Shown here in pieces: positions 15,445 through 15,930 of a DNA stretch of 15,930 nt (its first letter is position 1; every line of letters starts with the position of its first letter). This stretch comes from Nitrosopumilales archaeon (lineage in GTDB: Archaea; Thermoproteota; Nitrososphaeria; Nitrososphaerales; Nitrososphaeraceae): NCBI GenBank assembly GCA_044507735.1, contig JBIQJB010000027.1, forward strand, positions 8,533 through 24,462, read 5' to 3'. The notes beneath the pieces were generated by a model. That model was not told the origin of the DNA, made no database searches, and saw only the letters and a program-made list of their open reading frames with translations. Made by a program: the position numbers and the translations under genes.

Positions 15445-15513
15445 TGTTGCATATAATATTACTCCCGGTCTGACTGCATCTTGTTATGCAACAAAATCGA
15501 AAACTAATTATTT
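15445..15513 (+). repeat. right end of the element: arm-type motifs plus attR core TAATTATTT (15505-15513)
   Basis: TGTTGCATA 15445-15453, TGCATC 15475-15480, GTTATGCAAC 15483-15492, then the core identical to 6905-6913. Confidence 0.85.
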
Positions 15514-15930
15514 TAACAACACAGTCTCTGTAATTGACGGCGCCGAAAACACGGTGATAGAGGCTGTGGGGGGTGGGTGTTCATCCACAACGTGTGGCGG
15601 TAAACCCCATTACCAACAGGATATACGTGGCTAATAATGGCGGCGGCAGAGTCTCTGTAATAGACGGCGCCGAAAACACGGTGATAGACACTGTGGGGGT
15701 GGGTAATGATCCATGGGGCGTGGCGGTAAACCCCGTCACCAACCTGGTATACGTGGCTAATAGTCTTGACGGCACAGTCTCTGTTATCAGCAACACGTAC
15801 GCCGATGTGATGGCAATCACGGACTCTGTCTCCGCAGCCACAGTACGGGTACGCCCTGCCGCAGAAGCCATGTCGGCTACTGACTCGGTCTCTGCTGCGC
15901 TGGTCGGCGGCCGGCCAATCTCTGACGCGC
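15505..15930 (+). pseudogene. 3' part of the YVTN beta-propeller gene (with +1 frameshift in a G run), runs off the window
   Basis: NYFNNTVSVIDGAENTVIEAVG, then G6 at 15568-15573 (G5 in sister repeats). The shifted frame reads VGVHPQRVAVNPITNRIYVANNGGGRVSVIDGAENTVIDTVGVGNDPWGVAVNPVTNLVYVANSLDGTVSVIS followed by M-x2-TDSVSAA repeats. Confidence 0.85.

Larger units (their letters stand above)
6905..15513. mobile_element. 8.6-kb tyrosine-integrase-encoding integrated element inserted in the YVTN gene
   Basis: TAATTATTT direct repeat at 6905-6913 and 15505-15513, exactly 8600 bp apart. Excision restores RIYVVNYFNNTVSVIDG in frame. Visibly more AT-rich than the flanks, integrase next to the left end, inverted GTTGCATAAC motifs at both ends. 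Confidence 0.9.

Noticed and set aside
6867-15630. 37-bp perfect direct repeat (6867-6903 and 15594-15630) as attL/attR
   Set aside because: It is the intragenic YVTN blade repeat, with a third diverged copy near 15720-15756. The composition shift, arm motifs and in-frame rejoin all point to the 9-bp core at 6905/15505.
15398-15634. 78-aa ORF at the right junction
   Set aside because: It is a chimera of attR non-coding sequence and the YVTN remnant ending at the frameshift, not an independent gene.

Overview
Archaeal-looking DNA, probably an ammonia-oxidising Nitrososphaera-like thaumarchaeon. This is inferred from TATA boxes ahead of leaderless TTG/GTG starts, GGTGA Shine-Dalgarno sites, a YVTN protein and an AN1 zinc finger. 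The GC-rich left part (1-6904) holds three small Zn-finger genes, a previously unannotated C/D-box guide sRNA whose first guide is antisense to the 23S rRNA peptidyl-transferase centre, an Hsp90/GHKL-type ATPase with a coupled partner gene, a heavily structured ~380-nt non-coding tract, a PepSY-like membrane protein and the 5' end of a YVTN beta-propeller gene. That gene is split by an AT-rich 8600-bp integrated element (6905-15513) bounded by a 9-bp TAATTATTT core repeat. Removing the element rejoins the YVTN frame exactly. The element encodes an HTH-tyrosine integrase, several Cys-rich microproteins, a PD-(D/E)XK-like protein, a J-domain/HEXXH-protease fusion, a membrane-anchored CAP protein, an AN1 zinc-finger protein and an AAA+/wHTH ATPase. 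It contains one clear and one decayed internal copy of its own right end, which suggests stepwise, cassette-like accretion of cargo.
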